A stretch of DNA of 64,000 nt from Minisyncoccota bacterium (GTDB lineage Bacteria; Patescibacteriota; Microgenomatia; UBA1400; PJMF01): positions 7,135 to 71,134 of the forward strand of contig VFLK01000033.1 in the NCBI GenBank assembly GCA_009885085.1, read 5' to 3'. A program made the translations under genes and the position numbers. Positions 37,598 to 48,057 of the stretch are shown here, piece after piece; within the stretch, counting starts at the first letter, position 1, and each line of letters starts with the position of its first letter. The notes beneath the pieces are model-generated. The model was not told where the DNA came from. It worked only from the letters and a program-made list of their open reading frames with translations, and did not search any database.

Positions 37598-40495
37598 ATG
37601 CCTAAACTAAAAGAAATGCCTCTCAGACCAAATTTAGCTGAACTCGAAGAATCAGTTCTTGAATATTGGCAAAAAAATAAATCTTTCGAAAAATCTGTCG
37701 AAATGAGAGATAAAAGTAAGTCCTATGTTTTTTATGATGGACCTCCATTTGCCACTGGTTTGCCACATTATGGTCATCTGCTTGGCAGTACTTCCAAAGA
37801 CGTGGTGCCTAGATACTGGACCATGAAGGGCTATCGAGTTGAGAGAGTCTGGGGCTGGGATTGTCACGGTCTTCCAATCGAGAACATGATAGAGAAACAA
37901 CTGGATATCAAAGGCGGTAAAAAGGGGATTGAAGCTCTTGGAATCGATAAATTTAATCAGGCATGTCATACCGAGGTTTTACGTTTAGATGGTGCATGGA
38001 AAACGATCATCGATCGCCTGGGTCGTTGGGTCGATTTTGAAAATAATTATAAAACCATGGACACAACCTACATGGAATCAGTTTGGTGGGGTTTTAAACA
38101 ATTAGTTGATAAAGATTTAGTTTATCAAGGCAAAAAAATTGTGATGTACTGTCCACGTTGCTCGACACCATTGTCAAACTTCGAGATCGCCATGGACAAC
38201 TCATACGAAGATGTAGAGGATTTTTCAGTCTATATTAAATTTAAAATAGTAGAAAAAGACCTGACTTCAAAAAATAGCAATGAATATCTCATAGCCTGGA
38301 CCACAACACCTTGGACTCTTCCAGGAAATGTCGGTTTAGCAGTCAATTCAAAAGCAGATTATGTTCAGGTTGAATACGTTTCACAGGAAACAAAAGAAAC
38401 CGAACTACTTTGGGTAGCCAAAGATTTAGTTGAAAAAGTTTTTGAAAACAAAGAATACACCGTTCAAAAAACCGTTAAAGGCAGTGAATTAGTAGGCAAA
38501 CACTATCAACCACTTTTTGATTACATAAATTCAGATACAGACGGCGCAAAAAATAAACCAAATGCCTGGTCAGTTTTAGATGCTAATTTTGTCAGTATGG
38601 AAGATGGTACTGGAATCGTTCACACCGCGGCAATTTTTGGAGAAGATGACTATGCTCTGGCTCTCGAAAAAGATTTGCCATTAATTCCAACTCTTAGTGA
38701 TGAAGGAAAATTCTTACCTTTTGTAGAAATAGTTGCTGGTAAATTTTACAAAAGTGCAGAAAAACCAATCAACGCAGATCTAACCAAACGTGGGCTCATG
38801 TTTAAAGAAGGTAAAATTACTCACTCATATCCATTCTGTTATCGTTGCTCAACACCACTTTATTACAATGCAGTTCCAGCCTGGTATATCAATGTTCAAA
38901 AACTAAAAAATGAGTTACTTAAGCAAAATGAAAAAATGAATTGGTACCCTGAGTATCTGAAGGAAGGCCGTTTTGGTAAAGGCCTGGAAACTGCACCGGA
39001 TTGGAATATTTCCAGATCTAGGTATTGGGGTACTCCTATGCCAGTCTGGATTTCTAATGATGAGCTAAAAGGAGAAACCAAAGTCGGTGGCTATAAAAAA
39101 CTTAGAGTTATCGAATCAGTAGCAGAACTAAAAAAATGGGCAGTCGATCCAAAGCAAGTGGAAAATTTAACCGATCTTCATCGAGAATTTTTAGATAATT
39201 TAGAAGTTTGGATTGATGATGACAAAACAATTAAGGGAAGTAGAATACCTGAGGTTTTTGACTGTTGGGTTGAGTCAGGTTCAATGCCGTTTGCTTCAAA
39301 ACATTATCCATTTGAAAATAAAGAAGAGTTTGAAAGTACATATCCCGCTCAATTCGTCAGTGAATATATTGCCCAAACCAGAGCTTGGTTCTATACCATG
39401 CACGTTATCTCAGTTGGAATTTTTGGTAAAAATGCAGTTGAAAATACATTGACGACTGGGACCATTTTGGCAGAAGACGGCAATAAAATGAGTAAGTCAA
39501 AGAAAAACTACCCAGATCCAATGCTACTGATAAATGAGTATGGAGTTGATAGTTTAAGACTTTATCTCATGAGTTCAACTGTGATGAAATCTGAAAACTT
39601 GAATTTTAGCGAACGAGAAGTATCTGATATTCGTAAAAAAGTTTTCTTGATCTGGTGGAATATGTTTGCTTTCTACAAGTTATACGCAAAAAAAGACTCT
39701 AAAGTTTCTTTAACCGAAGTTCCAACCTCTGATGATGTGATGGACAAATGGGTCTTGAGCAGACTCAATACCTTAATTAAAGATGTGACTGAGTATATGG
39801 ATGACTACAATCTCATCAAAGCAAGTCGAGAACTAATGAATTTTGTAGATGAATTGTCTACCTGGTATCTTAGAAGAAGTCGAGATCGCTTGCGTAACTC
39901 TTCAAGCCCATCTTTAACTGTGTTCGGATATGTTTTAGTCAAGCTATCACAATTATTTGCTCCAATAACTCCATTTTTTAGTGAAACTATGTGGCACAAT
40001 TTAGTTGATGACAAAACCAGTGTGCATCATACAGATTGGCCAATTGTTGATGAAAATTTAATTCATAAAACACTTGAAGACAAAATGGATAATGTAAGAA
40101 AAGTAGTTGAAAAAACTCTTTCACTTAGAAGTGAGGCAGGAATCAAGGTTCGTCAACCATTAGCAAAAATTACATGTTTCGTGACCGGAGACTCACCTAA
40201 AGAAAATTTGTTGGAAGTTCTTGCTGACGAAGTTAATGTCAAAAAAGTAGAGTGGAAAAGAACAACTGAAACTTTGCGAGTAATTCTAGATACAGATCTT
40301 ACTGACGAATTAAAATCCGAAGGTGATGCAAGAGAACTGATGAGAAATATTCAAAAATTAAGAAAAAAAGCTGGCCTTCAAGTAAATGACGCTATAACTG
40401 TAGAAGTTCCAGAGTGGCCAAAGAAATGGGAAACTGAAATTGAAAAAAAGACAGGATCCAAACTTGTCAAAGGAAATGAGCTGAAAATAGTTTAG
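37598..40495 (+). CDS. ileS: isoleucyl-tRNA synthetase
   Basis: PPFATGLPHYGHLLG (HIGH) ... WDCHGLPIE and KMSKS (GNKMSKSKKN) motifs, 965 aa. Confidence 0.9.
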   Translation: MPKLKEMPLRPNLAELEESVLEYWQKNKSFEKSVEMRDKSKSYVFYDGPPFATGLPHYGHLLGSTSKDVVPRYWTMKGYRVERVWGWDCHGLPIENMIEKQLDIKGGKKGIEALGIDKFNQACHTEVLRLDGAWKTIIDRLGRWVDFENNYKTMDTTYMESVWWGFKQLVDKDLVYQGKKIVMYCPRCSTPLSNFEIAMDNSYEDVEDFSVYIKFKIVEKDLTSKNSNEYLIAWTTTPWTLPGNVGLAVNSKADYVQVEYVSQETKETELLWVAKDLVEKVFENKEYTVQKTVKGSELVGKHYQPLFDYINSDTDGAKNKPNAWSVLDANFVSMEDGTGIVHTAAIFGEDDYALALEKDLPLIPTLSDEGKFLPFVEIVAGKFYKSAEKPINADLTKRGLMFKEGKITHSYPFCYRCSTPLYYNAVPAWYINVQKLKNELLKQNEKMNWYPEYLKEGRFGKGLETAPDWNISRSRYWGTPMPVWISNDELKGETKVGGYKKLRVIESVAELKKWAVDPKQVENLTDLHREFLDNLEVWIDDDKTIKGSRIPEVFDCWVESGSMPFASKHYPFENKEEFESTYPAQFVSEYIAQTRAWFYTMHVISVGIFGKNAVENTLTTGTILAEDGNKMSKSKKNYPDPMLLINEYGVDSLRLYLMSSTVMKSENLNFSEREVSDIRKKVFLIWWNMFAFYKLYAKKDSKVSLTEVPTSDDVMDKWVLSRLNTLIKDVTEYMDDYNLIKASRELMNFVDELSTWYLRRSRDRLRNSSSPSLTVFGYVLVKLSQLFAPITPFFSETMWHNLVDDKTSVHHTDWPIVDENLIHKTLEDKMDNVRKVVEKTLSLRSEAGIKVRQPLAKITCFVTGDSPKENLLEVLADEVNVKKVEWKRTTETLRVILDTDLTDELKSEGDARELMRNIQKLRKKAGLQVNDAITVEVPEWPKKWETEIEKKTGSKLVKGNELKIV

Positions 40496-40509
40496 TATAT
40501 TATTGGCTT

Positions 40510-41574
40510 ATGAAATACTGGTTGATTCCTTTAGTAATCTTGATTCTCAGTTTGCTCAGCATTCTGACTTTATCTAGTATTGCCCCAGCGCTTGCGCCTA
40601 AGCAATTAATCTTTTTTATGGTCGGGTTTAGCGTATTTTTCTTAATATCAAAAATTCAATTTAGAAGACTCTTAAAGTTAGGACTAATTTTTTACATCAT
40701 TAATATTGGCCTGCTTGTTGCAGTTTTGCTGTTAGCACCGATTACTAGAGGATCGACTCGTTGGATTGATATCGGAGGTCTTTTCACAATCCAACCGTCA
40801 CAACTTGCTATTCTAGCAACCAGTCTGTTTTTGATTAATTTCTTTAAAAAAAGGTCACTGACCAACATTAAAAACTTGTTTCTATTTTTACTTTATACTG
40901 CAATTCCAGGAGTGCTTATTTTGATTGAGCCAGATTTGGGGACTACAATTGTTTACTTAATATCAATTGCAGTCATTATTTTTCTTTCAAGAACAAAATT
41001 TCGTCATATCGCACCATTGATACTTATAGGAATTGCTGGCATTATTTTTTCCTGGTATTTTGTTTTTCAGCCTTATCAAAAATCTAGAGTTACCTCTTTC
41101 ATTTCACCAGCTGAAGATCAAGATGCTAGCTACAATGCTCAACAGTCATTAATTGCCGCTGGATCTGGAAAACTTACCGGAAAAGGCTTAGGACAAGGGA
41201 TTCAATCTCATCTTCGATTTCTTCCAGAAAGACAAACAGATTTTGTATTCGCTTCGTTCGCAGAAGAATTTGGCTTCGTTGGATCAGCTCTACTAATTTC
41301 CTTATATTTTGTCCTCATAACCGCCATGATATCTACCGCTGAAAAATCACATGAAAAGACTGAAAAATATTTTTGTTATGTGGTTGCAATAATGACCACT
41401 TTTCAGATTGGAGTTAACATTGGAATGAATATTGGAATTTTACCAATTACAGGCATAACATTACCATTTATTTCCTATGGTGGGAGCTCAATTCTTTCAC
41501 TTATTGGTATGCTTGGAATTGTCCAATCGATTCGTATTCACCAGAAGCAAAAAGTAAGCCTACATTTGTCTTAG
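40510..41574 (+). CDS. SEDS-family protein (RodA/FtsW paralogue)
   Basis: multi-TM, IEPDLGTTIVYL motif; second SEDS gene in the window, outside the dcw cluster. Confidence 0.75.
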   Translation: MKYWLIPLVILILSLLSILTLSSIAPALAPKQLIFFMVGFSVFFLISKIQFRRLLKLGLIFYIINIGLLVAVLLLAPITRGSTRWIDIGGLFTIQPSQLAILATSLFLINFFKKRSLTNIKNLFLFLLYTAIPGVLILIEPDLGTTIVYLISIAVIIFLSRTKFRHIAPLILIGIAGIIFSWYFVFQPYQKSRVTSFISPAEDQDASYNAQQSLIAAGSGKLTGKGLGQGIQSHLRFLPERQTDFVFASFAEEFGFVGSALLISLYFVLITAMISTAEKSHEKTEKYFCYVVAIMTTFQIGVNIGMNIGILPITGITLPFISYGGSSILSLIGMLGIVQSIRIHQKQKVSLHLS

Positions 41575-41826
41575 TCCTAGATTGTTAATTTATCTTATAA
41601 CTGCAGCCTTTTAATTTGAGTTTAAATTTACATGATTTATCTTGACTTTTACATCTACATGTAGTAAACTATAGGACATATAGTCACGTAATTATTCGTG
41701 GCTATTTGTTGTGCAATTTGTTTCCTAACAAATGCGTTAGAACTAATAAATTCACGACAGCACATTAACAATAAAGGCAAGGATAAATTAATCGGAAGTG
41801 GTTGAAGGTTGTAGATTACGATCTAT

Positions 41827-41876
41827 GTTTCCCTCCCTTCTGGACAGAATAATTTCTGTTTAGTGGAGAGGGAAAC
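41827..41876. repeat. 9-bp inverted repeat hairpin (gtttccctc ... gagggaaac) upstream of the GC-richer lipoprotein gene
   Basis: read directly. Confidence 0.5.
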
Positions 41877-42025
41877 AAATGAAGAAATTCCAAAAAAAAT
41901 AACAAAGAAAAGAGGAAATAAAAAAAATATAACCGTAAGAAGGCTAATGACTTCATGTCTGCCTGGCATATTCAACCTTTCCAGCAACTGCAGAGTTGGT
42001 AAGGACTTCAATAAGGAAAAAGAAA

Positions 42026-42517
42026 ATGAACACAAAGAAACTCTTGTTCTTTTTGGCGCTTTTGGTCATCTTGACCGCATGCGCTCCCGTTATCTCTGCT
42101 GAGCACCAACAGAATCTTCAAGTCTGGGACGGCTATTACGTCTTTGAGTTAGGTGTCGATGCATGCCCAAACACAATGACTATTGCAGTCGGAGATAAAA
42201 AAGTTGATGCTATCCTAATCGCAGGATTTCCAGAAGGATTTGCTGTTAATACGGGGAATGTCAGCTATCGCGTAACAGATGGTGTGCTGACTACTCATGA
42301 TAACGATACCGAAGAAGATTTCCCGCTCGAACAGGGATACGTGATCACCGAGAAAAATACCGGTATCATGAACTGCAACGGAAGCAATGGGGTCTGGCAT
42401 TACGACATTGGTCAACTGAAAGTTGAGATTGTGTTTAATCACAATAAGAATATATATTCTTTATCTCAACCCCTCCCTTTCGCCCCGCTAGTATTTATCG
42501 ATGTATATCGATACTGA
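42026..42517 (+). CDS. putative lipoprotein (signal peptide LLFFLALLVILTAC with lipobox), encoded in a locally GC-richer segment
   Basis: ORF 41996..42517 with internal ATG before a classic lipoprotein signal; noticeably higher G+C than flanks by eye. Confidence 0.55.
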   Translation: MNTKKLLFFLALLVILTACAPVISAEHQQNLQVWDGYYVFELGVDACPNTMTIAVGDKKVDAILIAGFPEGFAVNTGNVSYRVTDGVLTTHDNDTEEDFPLEQGYVITEKNTGIMNCNGSNGVWHYDIGQLKVEIVFNHNKNIYSLSQPLPFAPLVFIDVYRY

Positions 42518-42656
42518 TGAGTCCTAAAGGACGAAATACTAATTTAAATATTTTGTTACTGTGTCTTGAAGGAGTACGGTGCGCACACCTCCTTCGCCAA
42601 ATCTGGTGTTTCGTGATATAATCATTATTCAGTTTATTTAGCAAAATAGGGAAGAT

Positions 42657-42974
42657 ATGTCATACGCAATAATTCAATTAGTCGGCAAACAATTTAGAGT
42701 AGAAGAAGGTAAGACTTTTACTACTGACAGAATTACAGATAAAGAAATTGGAGACTCATTTAAAGTCACCGATGTTCTTTTAGTTGCAGACGAAAAATCA
42801 AGTACAGTTGGTACACCAATCGTTAAAGGAGCTGAAGTAACTCTTAAGCTTATCGAAAACGGTAGAGGTGAGAAATTAAGAGTCGTTAAATACAAATCAA
42901 AGTCTAGATATAGAAAAATAACTGGTCACAAACAACACGAAAGTACACTCGAGGTAGTGAAGATAAAAGCATAA
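42657..42974 (+). CDS. rplU: 50S ribosomal protein L21
   Basis: MSYAIIQLVGKQFRVEEGK N-terminus. Confidence 0.9.
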   Translation: MSYAIIQLVGKQFRVEEGKTFTTDRITDKEIGDSFKVTDVLLVADEKSSTVGTPIVKGAEVTLKLIENGRGEKLRVVKYKSKSRYRKITGHKQHESTLEVVKIKA

Positions 42975-43022
42975 GCTTTCTTTAATTTTGATGTAGTTTT
43001 ACTAGCACCTTTAAAATCATCT

Positions 43023-44186
43023 ATGCAAAAATACTACGTTCAACTCGGCAACACTCCAGAATTATCAATTCAAGAACTCGGCGCAATTTTAGGATCTAAA
43101 AATGTCCTAAGAGTTGCCTCTCATCTTGGTTTTGTAGAACTTAAAGATGACAAAGCTGCAGTCGAATTAATAGATTCTTTGGGTGGATCAGTAAAAATCA
43201 TCAAAGAAATCTCCAAAATTGAAGATCCTTCAGTTGAGAATATCATCGAGATGGTATCCGAGCATTTACTTCAAAAAGAAGATAAAAAAATTCATTTTGG
43301 TTTTTCTGAATATGGTCGCGATCATTTACCAAAAATTGATTATTTTCAAATTAAATCTAAACTTGAAAGAAGCGGCAAATCCGCAAGATTTGTTGAGGGC
43401 TCTAGATTAGGATTATCCGCTGCACTCTTAATTCATAAAAAAAGAATCGTTGAAATTTACATTGTCCAAACTGCTGATGGCGTATTTATGGGCGAAACAT
43501 TAGCTACCCAAAATATTGATCTCTGGACACTTAAAGATAGAAGCAAGCCATACTTTGACAAGAAAAAAGGTATGTTGCCACCAAAAGTTGCTAAGATGAT
43601 GCTAAATCTTGCCTTGGGTGATAATCCACCAGTTGCAGGTAGAAAAAATGTTCTCTTAGATCCATTTGTTGGAACCGGTACTGTTTTAATCGAGGCATTA
43701 CTAGAAAAGAAGGTTGACGTTATTGGCTCTGATATTGATCCTCTTTCTGTTCAGGGTACAAAGCAGAATATTGAATGGCTTAAAACTGAGTTCAAAATTA
43801 CTAACGATTGTAAAGTCATGATGTTTGATGCTACAAGAATTCCAATCCAAAATAGCGAAATTCAATACATTGTTACCGAACCTTTTTTGGGAAAACCAAG
43901 ACCTAATCCAAGTAAATTGCCTTTAATCTTCAAAGGATTACTAAAAATGTATTTAGGTGCTTTTAAACACTGGACTACTTTCTTAGCAGACGGAGCATCC
44001 GTTGTAATTGTATTCCCATTAGTAAGTTTTAAAACTAAAAATGATAAATTGATCGAGTATAATCTAGATAAGTTGATTGACAAATTAACTTCCCTCGGGT
44101 ACACTACTTTATCTAAACCCGTTTTATATCATCGCCCAAACGCAGTGGTTCAAAGACAGATTTATAGATTTAGGTTCAATAAATAA
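43023..44186 (+). CDS. putative SAM-dependent RNA methyltransferase (THUMP/Trm11-RlmL-like, N2-guanine or N6-adenine class)
   Basis: LLDPFVGTGTVLIEA motif I and VTEPFLG (D/N-P-P-Y/F-like) motif IV; inserted between rplU and rpmA. Confidence 0.5.
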   Translation: MQKYYVQLGNTPELSIQELGAILGSKNVLRVASHLGFVELKDDKAAVELIDSLGGSVKIIKEISKIEDPSVENIIEMVSEHLLQKEDKKIHFGFSEYGRDHLPKIDYFQIKSKLERSGKSARFVEGSRLGLSAALLIHKKRIVEIYIVQTADGVFMGETLATQNIDLWTLKDRSKPYFDKKKGMLPPKVAKMMLNLALGDNPPVAGRKNVLLDPFVGTGTVLIEALLEKKVDVIGSDIDPLSVQGTKQNIEWLKTEFKITNDCKVMMFDATRIPIQNSEIQYIVTEPFLGKPRPNPSKLPLIFKGLLKMYLGAFKHWTTFLADGASVVIVFPLVSFKTKNDKLIEYNLDKLIDKLTSLGYTTLSKPVLYHRPNAVVQRQIYRFRFNK

Positions 44187-44198
44187 GGAAAATAAACA

Positions 44199-44456
44199 AT
44201 GTCACACGTCAAAGCAGGTGGTAAAGTCGCACAACAAGCACAAGGCAAACGCCACGGTAAAAGACTCGGTCTTAAGAAATTTGGTGGCGAAAAAGTTATC
44301 GTCGGAAATATCATTTTAAGACAAAGAGGTGCAAAATATAAACCTGGAAAAGGTGTTGGTATGGGCAAAGACCACACAATTTTCGCTATGATTGACGGCG
44401 CAGTTAAATTTTCCAAAAAGTTTGGTCGCACAGTCGCCAACGTGATAAATTCTTAA
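44199..44456 (+). CDS. rpmA: 50S ribosomal protein L27
   Basis: [44 protein letters not shown] conserved core. Confidence 0.9.
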   Translation: MSHVKAGGKVAQQAQGKRHGKRLGLKKFGGEKVIVGNIILRQRGAKYKPGKGVGMGKDHTIFAMIDGAVKFSKKFGRTVANVINS

Positions 44457-44514
44457 TATATACATCTAGAATTTACACTCTCATGTTTCACGCAATTTCT
44501 GGTATACTTTCAGT

Positions 44515-45378
44515 ATGAAAGCTCAAGAAGTTAAGTTAATCCAGACTGAAGTTCTCCAAACCAATCCTTTTCAACCTAGGGATAAAATTCATAAAGAAGA
44601 TCTTGAAGATCTAGTTAAATCAATAAAAATTCATGGAATCATCGAGCCATTAGTAGTTGCTCACACGCCCGCTGGTTACCAAATAATTGCTGGTGAACGA
44701 CGTTGGAGAGCCGCTCAAATAGCTGGACTCAAAGAAGTTCCAGTTCTTATCAAAGAAACCACACCAAAAGGCATGCTTGAAATGGCCATAGTCGAAAATC
44801 TACAACGCGTTAACTTGACCGCCATCGAAAGAGCCCAATCTTTCCAAAGACTTAACCAAAATTTCAATCTAAATGTTGGAGAAATAGCCGAGAGATTAGG
44901 CAAATCTTCATCTTATGTCAGCAACTCGCTAAAATTGTTAGATCTCCCAGACGCTATCAAGGATGGAATGCTTGGTAAACAGATCTCTGAAGGCCACGCA
45001 CGCGCTATTTCAGGTATTCAAGATGTGAATACTATGTTGCAAGTTTACAAACAAGTTCTCAAGGAAAACGCATCAGTCAGAAGGGCAGAAGAGCTGGCAA
45101 GATTAGCCAAAAGTAAAACAGGTCAAACTAGAGTTTTCAAACCACATACTGTGGTTTATCAAATTGACGACAAAGAAATTGAAGTATTCGAAAATAAAAT
45201 TAAGAGATATCTAGGCGCCAAAGCAAAACTCAAACTTCACAGAACTGCAAAACAGACCAAAGTCAGCTTTATCATTAAAGGTGACGTTGAAGATACACAA
45301 AAAGGTTTAGAAAAAATTATTGATATGCTTGACAGAGCTATTAAAGATAAAAAATTAGAAAAAGAAGTTAATAGTTAA
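44515..45378 (+). CDS. parB: ParB/Spo0J-family DNA-binding protein (no adjacent parA)
   Basis: GIIEPLVVAHTPAGYQIIAGERRWRAAQIAGLKEVPV ParB box. Confidence 0.8.
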   Translation: MKAQEVKLIQTEVLQTNPFQPRDKIHKEDLEDLVKSIKIHGIIEPLVVAHTPAGYQIIAGERRWRAAQIAGLKEVPVLIKETTPKGMLEMAIVENLQRVNLTAIERAQSFQRLNQNFNLNVGEIAERLGKSSSYVSNSLKLLDLPDAIKDGMLGKQISEGHARAISGIQDVNTMLQVYKQVLKENASVRRAEELARLAKSKTGQTRVFKPHTVVYQIDDKEIEVFENKIKRYLGAKAKLKLHRTAKQTKVSFIIKGDVEDTQKGLEKIIDMLDRAIKDKKLEKEVNS

Positions 45379-45943
45379 CTCTATCAATCTTTCCAATTTG
45401 GTTCATTGGCCAATATCTAAAAAATGCCTTGCCTACGATTTCTGATTTATCTACTGGACCCCAAACTCTAGAATCACTTGAATGAGAACGATTGTCCCCC
45501 AAAGCGAAATATTCATTTGGACCGATCGTCACAGTTCTTCCGCTAATAAATTTTCCTTCAATAGTTTCATAATCACTTGGAAGATAGGGCTCATTTAGCT
45601 TAGTTCCATTTACATATACATTTTTATCATGAACTGCAACAGTTTCGCCTGGAACGGCAATAATGCGCTTAATAAAATCGCAACCCGTTCCTGTTGGACA
45701 ACCAGCTTCTGGAGGAGCATGAAAGACAATTACATCGCCTCTTTTTGGTTCCCCAGTACGATAACTAATTTTATCTGTAAGTACGTAATCACCAGACTTA
45801 AATGTAGGCACCATTGAAGATCCATTGACCTGATGAGGTTGCATAAAAAATAAGTAAATTATCAAGAAAAAAGATAGTCCGATGACTGCAGTCTCAATCA
45901 GATCCAAAAAAAAGCCACTAACAGATTTCACGATACTATTCAT
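45368..45943 (-). CDS. lepB: signal peptidase I
   Basis: GSSMVPT catalytic Ser box, GDNRSHSSDSRVWGPV box. Confidence 0.85.
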   Translation of the reverse strand: MNSIVKSVSGFFLDLIETAVIGLSFFLIIYLFFMQPHQVNGSSMVPTFKSGDYVLTDKISYRTGEPKRGDVIVFHAPPEAGCPTGTGCDFIKRIIAVPGETVAVHDKNVYVNGTKLNEPYLPSDYETIEGKFISGRTVTIGPNEYFALGDNRSHSSDSRVWGPVDKSEIVGKAFFRYWPMNQIGKIDRVNY

Positions 45944-46017
45944 ATGGTTGGATTATGAGGACTAAAGGCCTTAGTTTCAAGGACTAAAGTCTGACTTATT
46001 TATAGTAGAATAAATGT

Positions 46018-47238
46018 ATGGGATATACAAAAAATACTGTATCTGGATTTAGTTGGCAAACCATTCTAAAAGCTCTTACCGCTGTAATTACACTTGCTAA
46101 AATCATGGTGATTGCCAGAATTTTAAGTCCACAAGACTTTGGACTCTTTTCTTTGATCGCTATCGCCCTAGGACTTGCTGAATCAACGACACAAACAGGC
46201 GTCAATATTACTATTTTACAATCAAAAAGATCAATTGGATATTTTATTGATACCGCCTGGGTAATTGCAATTACAAGAGGTCTAATTATCGGAATCATCA
46301 TGGTATTAATGGGTTTTGGAATGAGTAATTACTATGATGAACCGAGACTTAGAATTCTTATTTCAATAGCAGCATTGATTCCAATTGTAAAAGGCTTTAT
46401 TAACCCTAGCATTATTTCCTTACATAAAAATTTAGAGTTTTTAAAAGATAGCGCCTACAAATTATCCTTATTAGCAGTGGAAGCAGTATTTGCTGTCATC
46501 TTTGCCGTAATCTTCAAAGATGTAATCGCATTAATATTTTCCATGCTGGCAGCAGGAATATTTGAAGTACTAATATCATTCTTGCTCTTCAAAGAAAAAC
46601 CAAGATTTGAGTTCATTCCCAGCAGAGCCAAAGTAATCTTTTCGAATACCAAAGGCCTAAGTATCTCGGCAGCGCTTTCATATTTGAATGAAAATATAGA
46701 TGACTTTCTATTAGGAAAAATTGTTGGTACTCATGATCTTGGACTGTATCATAATGCCTATAGTTTGGGTCACAAAGCTAATTATGAGTTTGCAAAATCA
46801 ATTAATCACAGCACTCTACCAATTTTTTCCAAAATTGCAGACGATAAAGAAAGGTTAAAAAGAGCCTTTTTCAGATCTATGGCAGTCACAATTATAATTG
46901 TGACTGGAATATCTCTTCCACTTTTCATTGCTCCAGAATTCATAGTTAATTTAATCTTGGGAGAAAAATGGCTTCAGATAGTTCCAAATTTATATCTTTT
47001 TGTCATTGCTGGAATTCTTCAAAGTATCTCAATAATTTTTTACACAGTTTTTTATGCAAAAAAGAGATATACAGCATTAAATATCCACCTTGCTTTTACG
47101 TTATTAATTCTAGTAGCAATGATACAAATTCTAAGCAAACATAGCGGTATTATGGGAGCTGGACAAGCTCTAGTAATAAGTAGAGCAGTAACCTTGCCTT
47201 TACTTATCTACGAAACTATAAAAATATTTAGAAAATAA
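46018..47238 (+). CDS. polysaccharide biosynthesis protein / oligosaccharide flippase (Wzx-like, MOP superfamily)
   Basis: 406 aa, about 12 hydrophobic segments, typical flippase architecture. Confidence 0.55.
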   Translation: MGYTKNTVSGFSWQTILKALTAVITLAKIMVIARILSPQDFGLFSLIAIALGLAESTTQTGVNITILQSKRSIGYFIDTAWVIAITRGLIIGIIMVLMGFGMSNYYDEPRLRILISIAALIPIVKGFINPSIISLHKNLEFLKDSAYKLSLLAVEAVFAVIFAVIFKDVIALIFSMLAAGIFEVLISFLLFKEKPRFEFIPSRAKVIFSNTKGLSISAALSYLNENIDDFLLGKIVGTHDLGLYHNAYSLGHKANYEFAKSINHSTLPIFSKIADDKERLKRAFFRSMAVTIIIVTGISLPLFIAPEFIVNLILGEKWLQIVPNLYLFVIAGILQSISIIFYTVFYAKKRYTALNIHLAFTLLILVAMIQILSKHSGIMGAGQALVISRAVTLPLLIYETIKIFRK

Positions 47239-47241
47239 CAA

Positions 47242-48057
47242 ATGGATAAAATAATTTCACTCACAATTGTAATTATTACCCACAGAAATGACGCTAGATT
47301 TATTTCTACTTTAAAATCTGCACAAATTGCTCAAAATATAATAGTCGTGGACAACAAGAGTAATAATGATTGGGAAAAATTAAAAAGAGATTTTAATTTT
47401 GAATTAATTTCACGTGAAAAAGAGATTTCAAATTTTGCAAAAGCTAGGAATGAAGTCTTAAAAGTTGTTCAAACAGAGTGGGTATTTTTTCTTGATAGCG
47501 ATGAAACTCTGGGCGCCTCAACTGCGATCATTCAATCCAATCATGACAAAATTTCAAACATTATCAACCAAAACTTATTTGATGGTGTATCTATTATAAG
47601 AAGAGATATTTTTCTGGGCAAAGAGCTTATGTTTGGTGAAGCTGGAAATACGATCATTATAAGAATGTTTAAAGTAAAAAATGGTAAGTTCAAAAGAAAT
47701 GTTCATGAAATTGCTCAAATAAATGGAAGGTTAGGAGGATCAGAAATAATTGTTTCACACTTTTCACACACTGATATATCTGAATTCATGAGTTCTATTG
47801 CCACATATTCTCAAATGGCTTCTCTAAATGAACTAGTCAGCAAAGAAAATAATAAAGAAGGCAAGGTAGTCAACATACTAAAAATGATCTTTTTTCCACC
47901 GCTCAAATTTCTTCAAAATTATTTTTTAAAACTTGGATTTCTAGACGGATACAGAGGTCTAGTTTATGCAACTATAATGAGTTTACATTCATTATTTGTA
48001 AGAGTTTTTTATTTTGAAAACAATAATGTGGAAATTAATAATGAACCCAAGGCTTAG
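47242..48057 (+). CDS. glycosyltransferase family 2
   Basis: ISLTIVIITHRND...VVDNKSNND and D-x-D-like FLDSDE motif. Confidence 0.6.
   Translation: MDKIISLTIVIITHRNDARFISTLKSAQIAQNIIVVDNKSNNDWEKLKRDFNFELISREKEISNFAKARNEVLKVVQTEWVFFLDSDETLGASTAIIQSNHDKISNIINQNLFDGVSIIRRDIFLGKELMFGEAGNTIIIRMFKVKNGKFKRNVHEIAQINGRLGGSEIIVSHFSHTDISEFMSSIATYSQMASLNELVSKENNKEGKVVNILKMIFFPPLKFLQNYFLKLGFLDGYRGLVYATIMSLHSLFVRVFYFENNNVEINNEPKA

Noticed and set aside
41823-42102. Overlapping small ORFs (70 aa minus strand, 79 aa plus strand) upstream of the lipoprotein gene
   Set aside because: They overlap each other and the inverted-repeat or promoter region of the lipoprotein gene. No coding signal.
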